From Eledone cirrhosa (taxonomy: Eukaryota): a stretch of 64,000 nucleotides of DNA. A model generated the notes under the pieces. It saw nothing but the letters and a program-made list of their open reading frames with translations. It had not been told where the DNA came from and did not search any database. The stretch spans positions 250,666,001 through 250,730,000 of the forward strand of contig OZ024741.1 of the NCBI GenBank assembly GCA_964016885.1. The letters are read 5' to 3'. The position numbers and the translations under genes were made by a program. Of the stretch, positions 10,982 to 27,300 are shown piece by piece. Position 1 is the stretch's first letter. Each line of letters opens with the position of its first letter.

Positions 10982-11574
10982 CACTTTCATGTTACACACT
11001 ATATATAAACTGGGATTTATATTTTGCGTTAGTGCCATATTAAGCTGACAACGATATATTCGTATCTTAAAAAATATTTTTTTTAGATCACATTGTTCTA
11101 GATATTATTAAAATTATTAAATCTATTTTCAATTTGCACGAACACTTGCATATACTACATACATACATTTATATAGACACTAACACAAATATTAGCATAT
11201 ACATAATTTCTTAGTCATTGAGGATGTGTTTTTATACATACATATGCATATTGCATACATACATACATACACACATACAAGCATATACATAGACATACAC
11301 ACACACATATATACACACACTGTATATATATATATACATACACACACACACACATATATATATACACACACACACTATATATATATATAGTGTGTGGTGT
11401 ATATATATATATGTGTGTGTGTGTATGTATATATATACACTGTGTGTATATATATGTGTGTGTATGTGTATGTATATGCTTGTATGTGTGTATGTATGGA
11501 TGCAATATGCATATGTATGTATAAAAAACACATCCTCAATTACTAAGAAAATATGTATATGCTAATATTTGTGT

Positions 11575-11606
<32 letters not shown>

Positions 11607-11669
11607 CGCACACACTATATATATATATATATATACATACACACTATATATATATATATACACACACAC

Positions 11670-11722
<53 letters not shown>

Positions 11723-12152
11723 AATCCCATTAAAAACCACATTAAAAATTCAATTAAAAATCTATTTTGAAAAACCCATTAAAACCCCCATTATAAGCTC
11801 ATAAAACACTCCATTGAAACCCCAACCAAACCCCCCATTAAAACACAATTAAAAATCATTAAGAATGCCAATAAAAGCGCCATTAAAAACCACATTGGAA
11901 ACCCATAAAAACCCAATTAAAACAAAATTAAAGTTTCCATTAAAAGTCCCCATTAAAACTCCATTAAAACCCCCATTAAACCCCCCCTCGAAAAGACAGT
12001 AAAACCTCAAATTTAAACCGAAATAAAAACTCAATTAAAACGCAATTAAAAACTCAATTAAAACACCATTAAAAACACAATTAAAAGCCCATTAAACCAA
12101 TTAAAATTGCATTAACACACCACTAAGGTTCCATTGGAAAACCATTAAAAAT
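6020..12152. repeat. Macrosatellite unit 2
   Basis: Anchor-to-anchor interval, collinear with unit 1. Confidence 0.95.
11181..11576. repeat. Near-perfect palindrome, unit 2
   Basis: Same termini and (TA)n centre as 5046..5441. Confidence 0.95.
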
Positions 12153-15100
12153 GTCATTAAAAAGTACACTGAAAACCCATTAAACCCCCATTAAAAGCAC
12201 ACCCAAAACTTTATAAAAAACGAAATAAAAACCCCATTAAAATACCATTAAAACGGCATAAAACACCATTAAAACTACATTAAAACTCAATTAAAAATTC
12301 CATTTAAATCTCCATTATAAACTCAATTAAAACTCCATTAAAACTCAATTAAAAACTCCATTAAAAACACACACACATGAAGTTACATGCTGGCTTGCAC
12401 ACTTATAGCGATTGCTATTTCCTTTTAATTTCATTAAAACTAGGATGTTTTAGAAAGATAAAAACAAAACTGAATAATGAAGAGACTAGGGAGGGGTAAA
12501 GAAAGGCAGATCAGGCTGTAGAGGACAGTAGGGGGAGAAGAGGGAAGAGACTTGGGAGGGGTAAAGAAAGGCAGATCTGGCTGTAGAGGACAGTAGGGGG
12601 AGAAGAGGGAGAAATAAACTAAATTATAAACTAAGTTATAAACTAAATTATAAACTAAATTAAAAACTCAATAAAGTAAAATAAAATAAAATAAAATAAA
12701 ATAAAATAAAATAAAATAAAATAAAATAAAATAAAATAAAATAAAATAAAATAAAATAAAATAAAATAAAAAATAAAATAAAATAAAATAATATAAAATT
12801 AAATAAAATAAAATAAAATAAAATAAAATAAAATAAAAAAAATAAAATAAAATAAAATAAAAAAAACTAAAAAATATAAATAAAATAAAATAAAATAAAT
12901 AAAATAAAATAAAATAAAATAAAATAAATAAAAATAAAATAAAATAAAAAAAAATAAAAAAAAATTAAATATAAAAAATAAATAAAATAAAATAAAATAA
13001 GAACTCAATTAAAAACTCAGTAAAAACTCAATTAAAAACTCAATTAAAAACTCAATCGAAGCACCATTAAAACACCATTAAAAACTCCACTATAAACCCA
13101 CTAAACCCATTAAAAACCAATTAAAAATTCAATTACACATCCCATTAGAAATTTCATTAAAAACTCAATTAAAAGTTCCATTGAAAACACATTCAAAACC
13201 CATTAACCCCATATTAAAAGTTCATAAAACTCTATTAAAAACCCAATAACAAACCAATTAAAACGCCATTAAAACGCCACAAAACACAATAAAATGTCAT
13301 AAAAACGCCATTAAAACATCACAAAAAGCCCAATTAAAAAACCATTAATAATGTCATTAAAAATTCCATAAAAATCCATTAAAAACTCCACTAAAAGCCC
13401 ATTAAAAAGTTCATTAAAAGCCATATTATAAATTTCATAAAAAACAATTGAAAACCCCATTATTTATGAGCCTTTTTTTATGAGTTTTTAATAGTGTTTT
13501 AATTCAGTTTTTAATTGCGTTTAAAATTGGGTTTTAATGGCTTTTTAATGGTGTTTTAATGGGATTTTCGATGGTGTTTAATGGGTTTTTTATGGAGTTT
13601 TTAATTGGGTTTTCAATGGTGTTGTTTATGAGTTTTTAAATGGGTTTTTAATGGAATTTTTGATTGCGTTTTTAATGAAATTTTTAATAGATTCAAGGAT
13701 GTTTTAATGCAGTTTTTAATGGTCTTTTTAATGGCGTTTTAATTGTGTTTTTATGGTGTTTAAATGCGTTTTAATGATTTTTAATTGGGTTTTTAATGGA
13801 GTATTTTTAATGAGCTCTTAATGGATTTTTCAATTGGATACTTAATGGGTTTTAATGGAATTTATAATAAGGGTTCTAATTGACTTTAAATATGATTTTT
13901 AATGGAGTTTTTAATGAAATTTCTAATGGTGTTTTTAATTGCGTTTCCCCCCGTGAGGGTTTTAATGGCATTTTAAATGACATTTTAATGAGTTTTTATG
14001 ATGTTTTAATGGCGTTGTAATTGTTTTTTATTGGGTTTTTAATATAATTTTGTATGAGCTTTTAATGGGGGTTTTCAATGTTGTTTTTAATGGAGTGTTT
14101 AATGGAATTTTAATGGGGGTTTGATAAAAAAAATTAATTGCTTTTTAATTTAATTTTTAATGCGTTTTTGATGGTGTTTAAGTGCGTTCATGATGATCTT
14201 TTTAATGGATTTTTAATGGGGTTTTAATTGAATTTTTAATGGCGTTTTCAATGTAATTTTTAATGATAGTTTAATGGTGTTTTAATGACGTTTTAATTGT
14301 GTTTTTTATGGTGTTTTAGTGACGTTTAAATAGGATTTTTAATTGGTTTTTTAATTGAGTATTTATATGAGTTTTCACTGGTGTTTTTAATGGGTTTTTC
14401 AATATTGCATTTAATGAAATTTTTAATATGGTTTCAAATGGAATTTTTAATGTGTTTTTAATTGGGTTTCTAGTGACGTTTTTAATGGTACTTTAAATGA
14501 CGTTTTAATGACTTTTATGGCGTTTTAATGGGTTTTTTAATTGGGTTTTTAATGTAGTTTTTTAAAAGATCTTTACTTGGGATTTTATGGGTTTTCAATG
14601 CGGTTTTTAATGGTATATTAATGGAGTTTTTGGTGTGGTTGTTAATGGTATTAGTGACATTTTAATGTGTTTTTAATGGTGTTTTAAGCGAGTTTCTGAT
14701 TTAGTTTAAATTTAAATATTTGATGGTCCTTCTAATGGGCTTTAATGGATGTGTAATGTGTTTAATGCAATTTTAATGGGGTTTAATGGGGTAGTAGGTT
14801 TCAATGGGTTTTAATGGAGTTTTAATGGCTAGTGCTCTTTTTTTAGAGTTTTTAATGGTGTTTTTAATGGTTTTTCATTGAGCTTTTAATTGCGTTTTTA
14901 ATTGCGTTTTTAATCTAGTTTAAACATTGAGTTTTAATGGGTTTTTCAATTAGGTTTTTAATGGATTTATAATGGTGTTTTTTACGGACCCTTTAATTTT
15001 TTATAATGGGTTTTCAATGCCGTTTTAATGGTGTTTTTTAATGGTATCCTTAATGACGCTTCGATAAGTTTCAATGTTATTTTAATGGGGTTTTGATTGA

Positions 15101-16858
15101 TTTTTTAATGGAGTTTTTTTAATGAACTATTATTGGGGTTTTCAATCAGGTTTTTAACTGAATTTTTAATGTTTTTCAATTAGATTTTTTATGGAGTTTT
15201 TATGGGCTTTTTAATGAGTTTTTAATGGTGTGCTAATTGAGTTTTCAATTACCTTTTTAATTGAGTATAAAATCGAGTTTTTACTAAGTTTTTAATGAAT
15301 TTTTAATGGAATTTTAATGGGGTTTCCAATGGACTTTTAATTGTGTTTTAATGGGGTTTTAAAATTGGTTTTTAGTTGCATTTTTCAGGGGCTTTTAATG
15401 GGGCTTAATGGGGGTTTAATGGGGGATTTAATTGAGTTTTTAATGGAGTTTAATAGAGTTTATAATGGAGGTTTTAATGGAGTTTTTAATGAAGTTTTAA
15501 TGTAGTTTTTAATGAGGTTTTTAATGACGATTTTAATGGCGTTCTTAATGGCGTTTTAATGGTATTTTATGGCATTTTAATGACGGTTGTAATGGATTTT
15601 AATGGAGTGTTAATTGGTTATTAATTGTATTTTAATGGGTTTTATGAGCTTTTTAATGGACTTTTTAGTGGTGTTTTTAATGGAGTTTTTAATGGGTCTT
15701 TTAATGGAATTTGCAATGTACTTTTTAATGGTGTTTTCAATTGTATTTTTAATGACGTTTTAATGGTGTTTTTTATGGCGTTTTAATAGGATTTTTAATT
15801 GGTTTTTTAAAGGACTATTATTATGGGTTTTTTATGTAATTTTATAATGGGATTTTCCGTAGGGTTTTTAATTGGATTTTTAATGGAGTTTATAATATGG
15901 TTTTTAATTGGATTTTTAAAGAATTTATAATTGCGGTTTTAATATAGTGTTTAATGGAGTATTTAATTGGTTTTTAATGGTAATTTTAATGGAGTGTTTA
16001 ATGTGTTTTTAATGGGGGAGGAGGGGGGTAAAATGCAGTTTTTAATTGAGTTATCAATGGAGTGTTTAATGACATTTTTAATGACGTTTTAATAGCGTTT
16101 TATGACGTTTTAATGACGTTTTAATGGTTTTTTTATTGGGTTTTGGGAGTTTTTATGAGCTTCTAATTAGGTTTTAAATGGGGTTTTCAATGAGGTTTTT
16201 AGTGGAATTTTTAATGGGCCTTTAATGTATTTTTAATGGGATTTTAATGTTTTTTATGGCGTTTTTAATGGTATTTTAAATGCTGTTTTAATGTTTCTTT
16301 TATGGCCTTTTAATTGGGTTTTTGATTGAGTTTTTAATAGATTTTTTTTAACGAGAATTATGAAGTTTAATGGGTTTCCAGTGTGTTTTAAATGAAGTTT
16401 TTGATAATATTTTTAATGGCATTTTAATGGCGGTTATGGGATTTTAATGGGTTCTGGTGGTATTTTTGTGGGTTTTAGTGGGGTGTTAAATGGTTTTAAT
16501 GTTGTTTTACTTGCGCTTTCGATTACGTTTACAATTAAGTTTTTACTGTTTTTAATTGGATTTTTAATGGATTTTAATGTGGTTTTAATGGAATTTTAAT
16601 GGTGTTTTAATATAGTTTTTAATGGGTTTCGGATGTAGCTTTTAATGGTGGTTTAGTGTGCTTTTTATTGGGTTTTTAATGAGTTTTTATGAGCTTTTCA
16701 ATGGAGTTTTTAATGGTGTTTATATATATATATATATACATACATATATATGTATATATATATATTTACACATATATATGTGTATATATATATGTGTATA
16801 TATATATTTACACATATATATGTGTATATATATATTTACACATATATATGTGTATTAA

Positions 16859-16891
<33 letters not shown>

Positions 16892-17098
16892 TTAAATATA
16901 TATATATATATATACATATATTAAATATATATATATATATATATTAAATATATATATATATATATATATTAAATATATATATATATATATATATTAAATA
17001 TATATATATATATATATATATTAAATATATATATATATATATATATATTAAATATATATATATATATATATTAAATATATATATATATATATATATAT

Positions 17099-17147
<49 letters not shown>

Positions 17148-17738
17148 CACTTTCATGTTACACACTATATATAAACTGGGATCTATATTTTGCGTTAGTG
17201 CCATATTAAGCTGACAACGATATATTCGTATCTTAAAAAATATTTTTTTTAGATCACATTGTTCTAGATATTATTAAAATTATTAAATCTATTTTCAATT
17301 TGCACGAACACTTGCATATACTACATACATACATTTATATAGACACTAACACAAATATTAGCATATACATAATTTCTTAGTCATTGAGGATGTGTTTTTA
17401 TACATACATATGCATATTGCATACATACATACATACACACATACAAGCATATACATAGACATACACACACACATATATACACACACTGTATATATATATA
17501 TACATACACACACACACACATATATATATACACACACACACTATATATATATAGTGTGTGGTGTATATATATATATGTGTGTGTGTGTATGTATATATAT
17601 ACAGTGTGTGTATATATATGTGTGTGTATGTGTATGTATATGCTTGTATGTGTGTATGTATGGATGCAATATGCATATGTATGTATAAAAAACACATCCT
17701 CAATTACTAAGAAAATATGTATATGCTAATATTTGTGT

Positions 17739-17770
<32 letters not shown>

Positions 17771-17829
17771 CGCACACACTATATATATATATATACATAC
17801 ACACTATATATATATATATACACACACAC

Positions 17830-17869
<40 letters not shown>

Positions 17870-18297
17870 CCCATTATAAACCACATTAAAAATTCAATTA
17901 AAAATCTATTTTGAAAAACCCATTAAAAACCCCATTATAAGCTCATAAAACACTCCATTAAAACCCCAACCAAACCCCCCATTAAAACACAATTAAAACA
18001 TCATTAAGAATGCCAATAAAAGCGCCATTAAAAACCACATTGGAAACCCATAAAAACCCAATTAAAACAAAATTAAAGTTTCCATTAAAAGTCCCCATTA
18101 AAACTCCATTAAAACCCCCATTAAACCCCCCCTCGAAAATACATTAAAACCTCAAATTTAAACCGAAATAAAAACTCAATTAAAACGCAATTAAAAACTC
18201 AATTAAAACACCATTAAAAACACAATTAAAAGCCCATTAAACCAATTAAAATTGCATTAACACACCACTAAGGTTCCATTGGAAAACCATTAAAAAT
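12153..18297. repeat. Macrosatellite unit 3
   Basis: Anchor-to-anchor interval; has the longest punctuated (AT)n tract (~16855..17146). Confidence 0.95.
17347..17740. repeat. Near-perfect palindrome, unit 3
   Basis: Same termini. The + and - strand pseudo-ORFs here (17392.. and 17398..) translate to near-identical peptides, as expected for a palindrome. Confidence 0.95.
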
Positions 18298-21200
18298 GTC
18301 ATTAAAAACTACACTGAAAACCCATTAAACCCCCATTAAAAGCGCACCCAAAACTTTATAAAAAACCAAATAAAAACCCCATTAAAATACCATTAAAACG
18401 GCATAAAACACCATTAAAACTACATTAAAACTCAATTAAAAATTCCATTTAAATCTCCATTATAAACTCAATTAAAACTCCATTAAAACTCAATTAAAAA
18501 CTCCTTTAAAAACACACACACATGAAGTTACATGCTGGCTTGCACACTTATAGCGATTGCTATTTCCTTTTAATTTCATTAAAACTAGGATGTTTTAGAA
18601 AGATAAAAACAAAACTGAATAATGAAGAGACTAGGGAGGGGTAAAGAAAGGCAGATCAGGCTGTAGAGGACAGTAGGGGGAGAAGAGGGAAGAGACTTGG
18701 GAGGGGTAAAGAAAGGCAGATCTGGCTGTAGAGGACAGTAGGGGGAGAAGAGGGAGAAATAAACTAAATTATAAACTAAGTTATAAACTAAATTATAAAC
18801 TAAATTAAAAACTCAATAAAATAAAATAAAATAAAATAAAATAAAATAAAATGAAATAAAATAAAAAAAAATAAAATAAAATAAAATAAAATAAAATAAA
18901 ATAAAATAAAATAAAAAAAAATAAAATAAAATAAAATAAAAAAAAACTAAAAAATATAAATAAAATAAAATAAAATAAATAAAATAAAATAAAATAAAAT
19001 AAAATAAAATAAATAAAAATAAAATAAAATAAAAAAAAATAAAAAAAAATTAAATATAAAAAATAAATAAAATAAAATAAAATAAGAACTCAATTAAAAA
19101 CTCAGTAAAAACTCAATTAAAAACTCAATTAAAAACTCAATCGAAGCACCATTAAAACACCATTAAAAACTCCACTATAAACCCACTAAACCCATTAAAA
19201 ACCAATTAAAAATTCAATTACACATCCCATTAGAAATTTCATTAAAAACTCAATTAAAAGTTCCATTGAAAACACATTCAAAACCCATTAACCCCATATT
19301 AAAAGTTCATAAAACTCTATTAAAAACCCAATAACAAACCAATTAAAACGCCATTAAAACGCCACAAAACACAATAAAATGTCATAAAAACGCCATTAAA
19401 ACATCACAAAAAGCCCAACTAAAAAACCATTAATAATGTCATTAAAAATTCCATAAAAATCCATTAAAAACTCCACTAAAAGCCTATTAAAAAGTTCATT
19501 AAAAGCCATATTATAAATTTCATAAAAAACAATTGAAAACCCCATTATTTATGAGCCTTTTTTATGAGTTTTTAATAGTGTTTTAATTCAGTTTTTAATT
19601 GCGTTTAAAATTGTGTTTTAATGGCTTTTTAATGGTGTTTTAATGGGATTTTCGATGGTGTTTAATGGGTTTTTTATGGAGTTTTTAATTGGGTTTTCAA
19701 TGGTGTTGTTTATGAGTTTTTAAATGGGTTTTTAATGGAATTTTTGATTGCGTTTTTAATGAAATTTTTAATAGATTCAAGGATGTTTTAATGGAGTTTT
19801 TAATGGTCTTTTTAATGGCGTTTTAATTGTGTTTTTATGGTGTTTAAATGCGTTTTAATGATTTTTAATTGGGTTTTTAATGGAGTATTTTTAATGAGCT
19901 CTTAATGGATTTTTCAATTGGATACTTAATGGGTTTTAATGGAATTTATAATAAGGGTTCTAATTGACTTTAAATATGATTTTTAATGGAGTTTTTAATG
20001 AAATTTCTAATGGTGTTTTTAATTGCGTTCCCCCCCCGTGAGGGTTTTAATGGCATTTTAAATGACATTTTAATGAGTTTTTATGATGTTTTAATGGCGT
20101 TGTAATTGTTTTTTATTGGGTTTTTAATATAATTTTGTATGAGCTTTTAATGGGGGTTTTCAATGTTGTTTTTAATGGAGTGTTTAATGGAATTTTAATG
20201 GGGGTTTGATAAAAAAAATTAATTGCTTTTTAATTTAATTTTTAATGCGTTTTTGATGGTGTTTAAGTGCGTTCATGATGATCTTTTTAATGGATTTTTA
20301 ATGGTGTTTTCAATGTAATTTTTAATGATAGTTTAATGGTGTTTTAATGACGTTTTAATTGTGTTTTTTATGGTGTTTTAGTGACGTTTAAATAGGATTT
20401 TTAATTGGTTTTTTAATTGAGTATTTATATGAGTTTTCACTGGTGTTTTTAATGGGTTTTTCAATATTGCATTTAATGAAATTTTTAATATGGTTTCAAA
20501 TGGAATTTTTAATGTGTTTTTAATTGGGTTTCTAGTGACGTTTTTAATGGTACTTTAAATGACGTTTTAATGACTTTTATGGCGTTTTAATGGGTTTTTT
20601 AATTGGGTTTTTAATGTAGTTTTTTAAAAGATCTTTACTTGGGATTTTATGGGTTTTCAATGCGGTTTTTAATGGTATATTAATGGAGTTTTTGGTGTGG
20701 TTGTTAATGGTATTAGTGACATTTTAATGTGTTTTTAATGGTGTTTTAAGCGAGTTTCTGATTTAGTTTAAATTTAAATATTTGATGGTCCTTCTAATGG
20801 GCTTTAATGGATGTGTAATGTGTTTAATGCAATTTTAATGGGGTTTAATGGGGGTAGTAGGTTTCAATGGGTTTTAATGGAGTTTTAATGGCTAGTGCTC
20901 TTTTTTTTAGAGTTTTTAATGGTGTTTTTAATGGTTTTTCATTGAGCTTTTAATTGCGTTTTTAATCTAGTTTTAAAATTGAGTTTTAATGGGTTTTTCA
21001 ATTAGGTTTTTAATGGATTTATAATGGTGTTTTTTACGGACCCTTTAATTTTTTATAATGGGTTATTAATGCCGTTTTAATGGTGTTTTTTAATGGTATC
21101 CTTAATGACGCTTCGATAAGTTTCAATGTTATTTTAATGGGGTTTTGATTGATTTTTTAATGGAGTTTTTTTTAATGAACTTTTATTGGGGTTTTCAATC

Positions 21201-22910
21201 AGGTTTTTAACTGAATTTTTAATGTTTTTCAATTAGATTTTTTATGGAGTTTTTATGGGCTTTTTAATGAGTTTTTAATGGTGTGCTAATTGAGTTTTCA
21301 ATTACCTTTTTAATTGAGTATAAAATCGAGTTTTTACTAAGTTTTTAATGAATTTTAATGGAATTTTAATGGGGTTTCCAATGGACTTTTAATTGTGTTT
21401 TAATGGGGTTTTAAAATTGGTTTTTAGTTCATTTTTCAGGGGCTTTTAATGGGGCTTAATGGGGGTTTAATGGGGGATTTAATTGAGTTTTTAATGGAGT
21501 TTAATAGAGTTTATAATGGAGGTTTTAATGGAGTTTTTAATGAAGTTTTAATGTAGTTTTTAATGAGGTTTTTAATGACGATTTTAATGGCGTTCTTAAT
21601 GGCGTTTTAATGGTATTTTATGGCATTTTAATGACGGTTGTAATGGTTTTTAATGGAGTGTTAATTGGTTATTAATTGTATTTTAATGGGTTTTATGAGC
21701 TTTTTAATGGACTTTTTAGTGGTGTTTTTAATGGAGTTTTTAATGGGTCTTTTAATGGAATTTGCAATGTAGTTTTTAATGGTGTTTTCAATTGTATTTT
21801 TAATGACGTTTTAATGGTGTTTTTTATGGCGTTTTAATAGGATTTTTAATTGGTTTTTTAAAGGACTATTATTATGGGTTTTTTATGTAATTTTATAATG
21901 GGATTTTCAGTAGGGTTTTTAATTGGATTTTTAATGGAGTTTATAATATGGTTTTTAATTGGATTTTTAAAGAATTTATAATTGCGGTTTTAATATAGTG
22001 TTTAATGGAGTATTTAATTGGTTTTTAATGGTAATTTTAATGGAGTGTTTAATGTGTTTTTAATGGGGGAGGAGGGGGGTAAAATGCAGTTTTTAATTGA
22101 GTTATCAATGGAGTTTTTAATGACATTTTTTATGACGTTTTAATAGCGTTTTATGACGTTTTAATGACGTTTTAATGGTTTTTTTATTGGGTTTTGGGAG
22201 TTTTTATGAGCTTCTAATTAGGTTTTAAATGGGGTTTTCAATGAGGTTTTTAGTGGAATTTTTAATGGGCCTTTAATGTATTTTTAATGGGATTTTAATG
22301 TTTTTTATGGCGTTTTTAATGGTATTTTAAATGCTGTTTTAATGTTTCTTTTATGGCCTTTTAATTGGGTTTTTGATTGAGTTTTTAATGGATTTTTTTT
22401 AACGAGAATTATGAAGTTTAATGGGTTTCCAGTGTGTTTTAAATGAAGTTTTTGATAATATTTTTAATGGAATTTTAATGGTGGTTATGGGATTTTAATG
22501 GGTTCTGGTGGTATTTTTGTGGGTTTTAATGGGGTGTTAAATGGTTTTAATGTTGTTTTACTTGCGCTTTCGATTACGTTTACAATTAAGTTTTTACTGT
22601 TTTTAATTGGATTTTTAATGGATTTTAATGTGGTTTTTAATGGAATTTTAATGGTGTTTTAATATAGTTTTTAATGGGTTTCGGATGTAGCTTTTAATGG
22701 TGGTTTAGTGTGCTTTTTATTGGGTTTTTAATGAGTTTTTATGAGCTTTTCAATGGAGTTTTTAATGGTGTTTATATATATATATATATACATACATATA
22801 TATGTATATATATATATTTACACATATATATGTGTATATATATATGTGTATATATATATTTACACATATATATGTGTATATATATATTTACACATATATA
22901 TGTGTATTAA

Positions 22911-22943
<33 letters not shown>

Positions 22944-22944
22944 T

Positions 22945-22981
<37 letters not shown>

Positions 22982-23108
22982 TATATATATATATATATAT
23001 ATATTAAATATATATATATATATATATATTAAATATATATATATATATATATATATTAAATATATATATATATATATATATATTAAATATATATATATAT
23101 ATATATAT

Positions 23109-23143
<35 letters not shown>

Positions 23144-23734
23144 CACTTTCATGTTACACACTATATATAAACTGGGATTTATATTTTGCGTTAGTGCCAT
23201 ATTAAGCTGACAACGATATATTCGTATCTTAAAAAATATTTTTTTTAGATCACATTGTTCTAGATATTATTAAAATTATTAAATCTATTTTCAATTTGCA
23301 CGAACACTTGCATATACTACATACATACATTTATATAGACACTAACACAAATATTAGCATATACATAATTTCTTAGTCATTGAGGATGTGTTTTTATACA
23401 TACATATGCATATTGCATACATACATACATACACACATACAAGCATATACATAGACATACACACACACATATATACACACACTGTATATATATATATACA
23501 TACACACACACACATATATATATACACACACACACTATATATATATATAGTGTGTGGTGTATATATATATATGTGTGTGTGTGTATGTATATATATACAG
23601 TGTGTGTATATATATGTGTGTGTATGTGTATGTATATGCTTGTATGTGTGTATGTATGGATGCAATATGCATATGTATGTATAAAAAACACATCCTCAAT
23701 TACTAAGAAAATATGTATATGCTAATATTTGTGT

Positions 23735-23766
<32 letters not shown>

Positions 23767-23829
23767 CGCACACACTATATATATATATATATATACATAC
23801 ACACTATATATATATATATACACACACAC

Positions 23830-23876
<47 letters not shown>

Positions 23877-24309
23877 AATCCCATTAAAAACCACATTAAA
23901 AATTCAATTAAAAATCTATTTTGAAAAACCCATTAAAAACCCCATTATAAGCTCATAAAACACTCCATTAAAACCCCAACCAAACCCCCCATTAAAACAC
24001 AATTAAAACATCATTAAGAATGCCAATAAAAGCGCCATTAAAAACCACATTGGAAACCCATAAAAACCCAATTAAAACAAAATTAAAGTTTCCATTAAAA
24101 GTCCCCATTAAAACTCCATTAAAACCCCCATTAACCCCCCCCCCTCGAAAAGACATTAAAACCTCAAATTTAAACCGAAATAAAAACTCAATAAAAACGC
24201 AATTAAAAACTCAATTAAAACACCATTAAAAACACAATTAAAAGCCCATTAAACCAATTAAAATTGCATTAACACACCACTAAGGTTCCATTGGAAAACC
24301 ATTAAAAAT
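18298..24309. repeat. Macrosatellite unit 4
   Basis: Anchor-to-anchor interval; short (AAAAT)n tract and a private ~21-bp deletion near 20300. Confidence 0.95.
23343..23736. repeat. Near-perfect palindrome, unit 4
   Basis: Same termini and centre. Confidence 0.95.
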
Positions 24310-27300
24310 GTCATTAAAAACTACACTGAAAACCCATTAAACCCCTATTAAAAGCGCACCCAAAACTTTATAAAAAACCAAATAAAAACCCCATTAAAAT
24401 ACCATTAAAACGGCATAAAACACCATTAAAACTACATTAAAACTCAATTAAAAATTCCATTTAAATCTCCATTATAAACTCAATTAAAACTCCATTAAAA
24501 CTCAATTAAAAACTCCATTAAAAACACACACACACGAAGTTACATGCTGGCTTGCACACTTATAGCGATTGCTATTTCCTTTTAATTTCATTAAAACTAG
24601 GATGTTTTAGAAAGATAAAATCAAAACTGAATAATGAAGAGACTAGGGAGGGGTAAAGAAAGGCAGATCAGGCTGTAGAGGACAGTAGGGGGAGAAGAGG
24701 GAAGAGACTTGGGAGGGGTAAAGAAAGGCAGATCTGGCTGTAGAGGACAGTAGGGGGAGAAGAGGGAGAAATAAACTAAATTATAAACTAAGTTATAAAC
24801 TAAATTATAAACTAAATTAAAAACTCAATAAAATAAAATAAAATAAAATAAAATAAAATAAAATAAAATAAAATAAAATAAAATAAAATAAAAAATAAAA
24901 TAAAATAAAATAAAATAAAATAAAATAAAATAAAATAAAATAAAATAAAATAAAATAAAATAAAAAAAAATAAAATAAAATAAAATAAAAAAAACTAAAA
25001 AATATAAATAAAATAAAATAAATAAAATAAAATAAAATAAAATAAAATAAATAAAAATAAAATAAAATAAAAAAAAATAAAAAAAAATTAAATATAAAAA
25101 ATAAATAAAATAAAATAAAATAAGAACTCAATTAAAAACTCAGTAAAAACTCAATTAAAAACTCAATTAAAAACTCAATCGAAGCACCATTAAAACACCA
25201 TTAAAAACTCCACTATAAACCCACTAAACCCATTAAAAACCAATTAAAAATTCAATTACACATCCCATTAGAAATTTCATTAAAAACTCAATTAAAAGTT
25301 CCATTGAAAACACATTCAAAACCCATTAACCCCATATTAAAAGTTCATAAAACTCTATTAAAAACCCAATAACAAACCAATTAAAACGCCATTAAAACGC
25401 CACAAAACACAATAAAATGTCATAAAAACGCCATTAAAAGCCATATTATAAATTTCATAAAAAACAATTGAAAACCCCATTATTTATGAGCCTTTTTTAT
25501 GAGTTTTTAATAGTGTTTTAATTCAGTTTTTAATTGCGTTTAAAATTGGGTTTTAATGGCTTTTTAATGGTGTTTTAATGGAATTTTAATGGGATTTTCG
25601 ATGGTGTTTAATGGGTTTTTATGGAGTTTTTAATTGGGTTTTCAATGGTGTTGTTTATGAGTTTTTAAATGGGTTTTTAATGGAATTTTTGATTGCGTTT
25701 TTAATGAAATTTTTAATAGATTCGAGGATGTTTTAATGGAGTTTTTAATGGTCTTTTTAATGGCGTTTTAATTGTTTTTATGGTGTTTAAATGCGTTTTA
25801 ATGATTTTTAATTGGGTTTTTAATGGAGTATTTTTAATGAGCTCTTAATGGATTTTTCAATTGGATACTTAATGGGTTTTAATGGAATTTATAATAAGGG
25901 TTCTAATTGGCTTTAAATATGATTTTTAATGGAGTTTTTAATGAAATTTCTAATGGTGTTTTTAATTGCGTTTCCCCCCGTGAGGGTTTTAATGGCATTT
26001 TAAATGACATTTTAATGAGTTTTTATGATGTTTTAATGGCGTTGTAATTGTTTTTTATTGGGTTTTTAATATAATTTTGTATGAGCTTTTAATGGGGGTT
26101 TTCAATGTTGTTTTTAATGGAGTGTTTAATGGAATTTTAATGGGGGTTTGATAAAAAAATTAATTGCTTTTTAATTTAATTTTTAATGCGTTTTTGATGG
26201 TGTTTAAGTGCGTTCATGATGATCTTTTTAATGGATTTTTAATGGGGTTTTAATTGAATTTTTAATGGTGTTTTCAATGTAATTTTTAATGATAGTTTAA
26301 TGGTGTTTTAATGACGTTTTAATTGTGTTTTTTATGGTGTTTTAGTGACGTTTAAATAGGATTTTTAATTGGTTTTTTAATTGAGTATTTATATGAGTTT
26401 TCACTGGTGTTTTTAATGGGTTTTTCAATATTGCATTTAATGAAATTTTTAATATGGTTTCAAATGGAATTTTTAATGTGTTTTTAATTGGGTTTCTAGT
26501 GACGTTTTTAATGGTACTTTAAATGACGTTTTAATGACTTTTATGGCGTTTTAATGGGTTTTTTAATTGGGTTTTTAATGTAGTTTTTTAAAAGATCTTT
26601 ACTTGGGATTTTATGGGTTTTCAATGCGGTTTTTAATGGTATATTAATGGAGTTTTTGGTGTGGTTGTTAATGGTATTAGTGACATTTTAATGTGTTTTT
26701 AATGGTGTTTTAAGCGAGTTTCTGATTTAGTTTAAATTTAAATATTTGATGGTCCTTCTAATGGGCTTTAATGGATGTGTAATGTGTTTAATGCAATTTT
26801 AATGGGGTTTAATGGGGGTAGTAGGTTTCAATGGGTTTTAATGGAGTTTTAATGGCTAGTGCTCTTTTTTTTAGAGTTTTTAATGGTGTTTTTTTAATGG
26901 GTTTTCATTCAGCTTTTAATTGCGTTTTTAATCTAGTTTAAAAATTGAGTTTTAATGGGTTTTTCAATTAGGTTTTTAATGGATTTATAATGGTGTTTTT
27001 TTACGGATCCTTTAATTTTTTATAATGGGTTTTCAATGCCGTTTTAATGGTGTTTTTTAATGGTATCCTTAATGACGCTTCGATAAGTTTCAATGTTATT
27101 TTAATGGGGTTTTGATTGATTTTTTAATGGAGTTTTTTTAATGAACTTTTATTGGGGTTTTCAATCAGGTTTTTATCTGAATTTTTAATGTTTTTCAATT
27201 AGATTTTTTATGGAGTTTTTATGGGCTTTTTAATGAGTTTTTAATGGTGTGCTAATTGAGTTTTCAATTACCTTTTTAATTGAGTATAAAATCGAGTTTT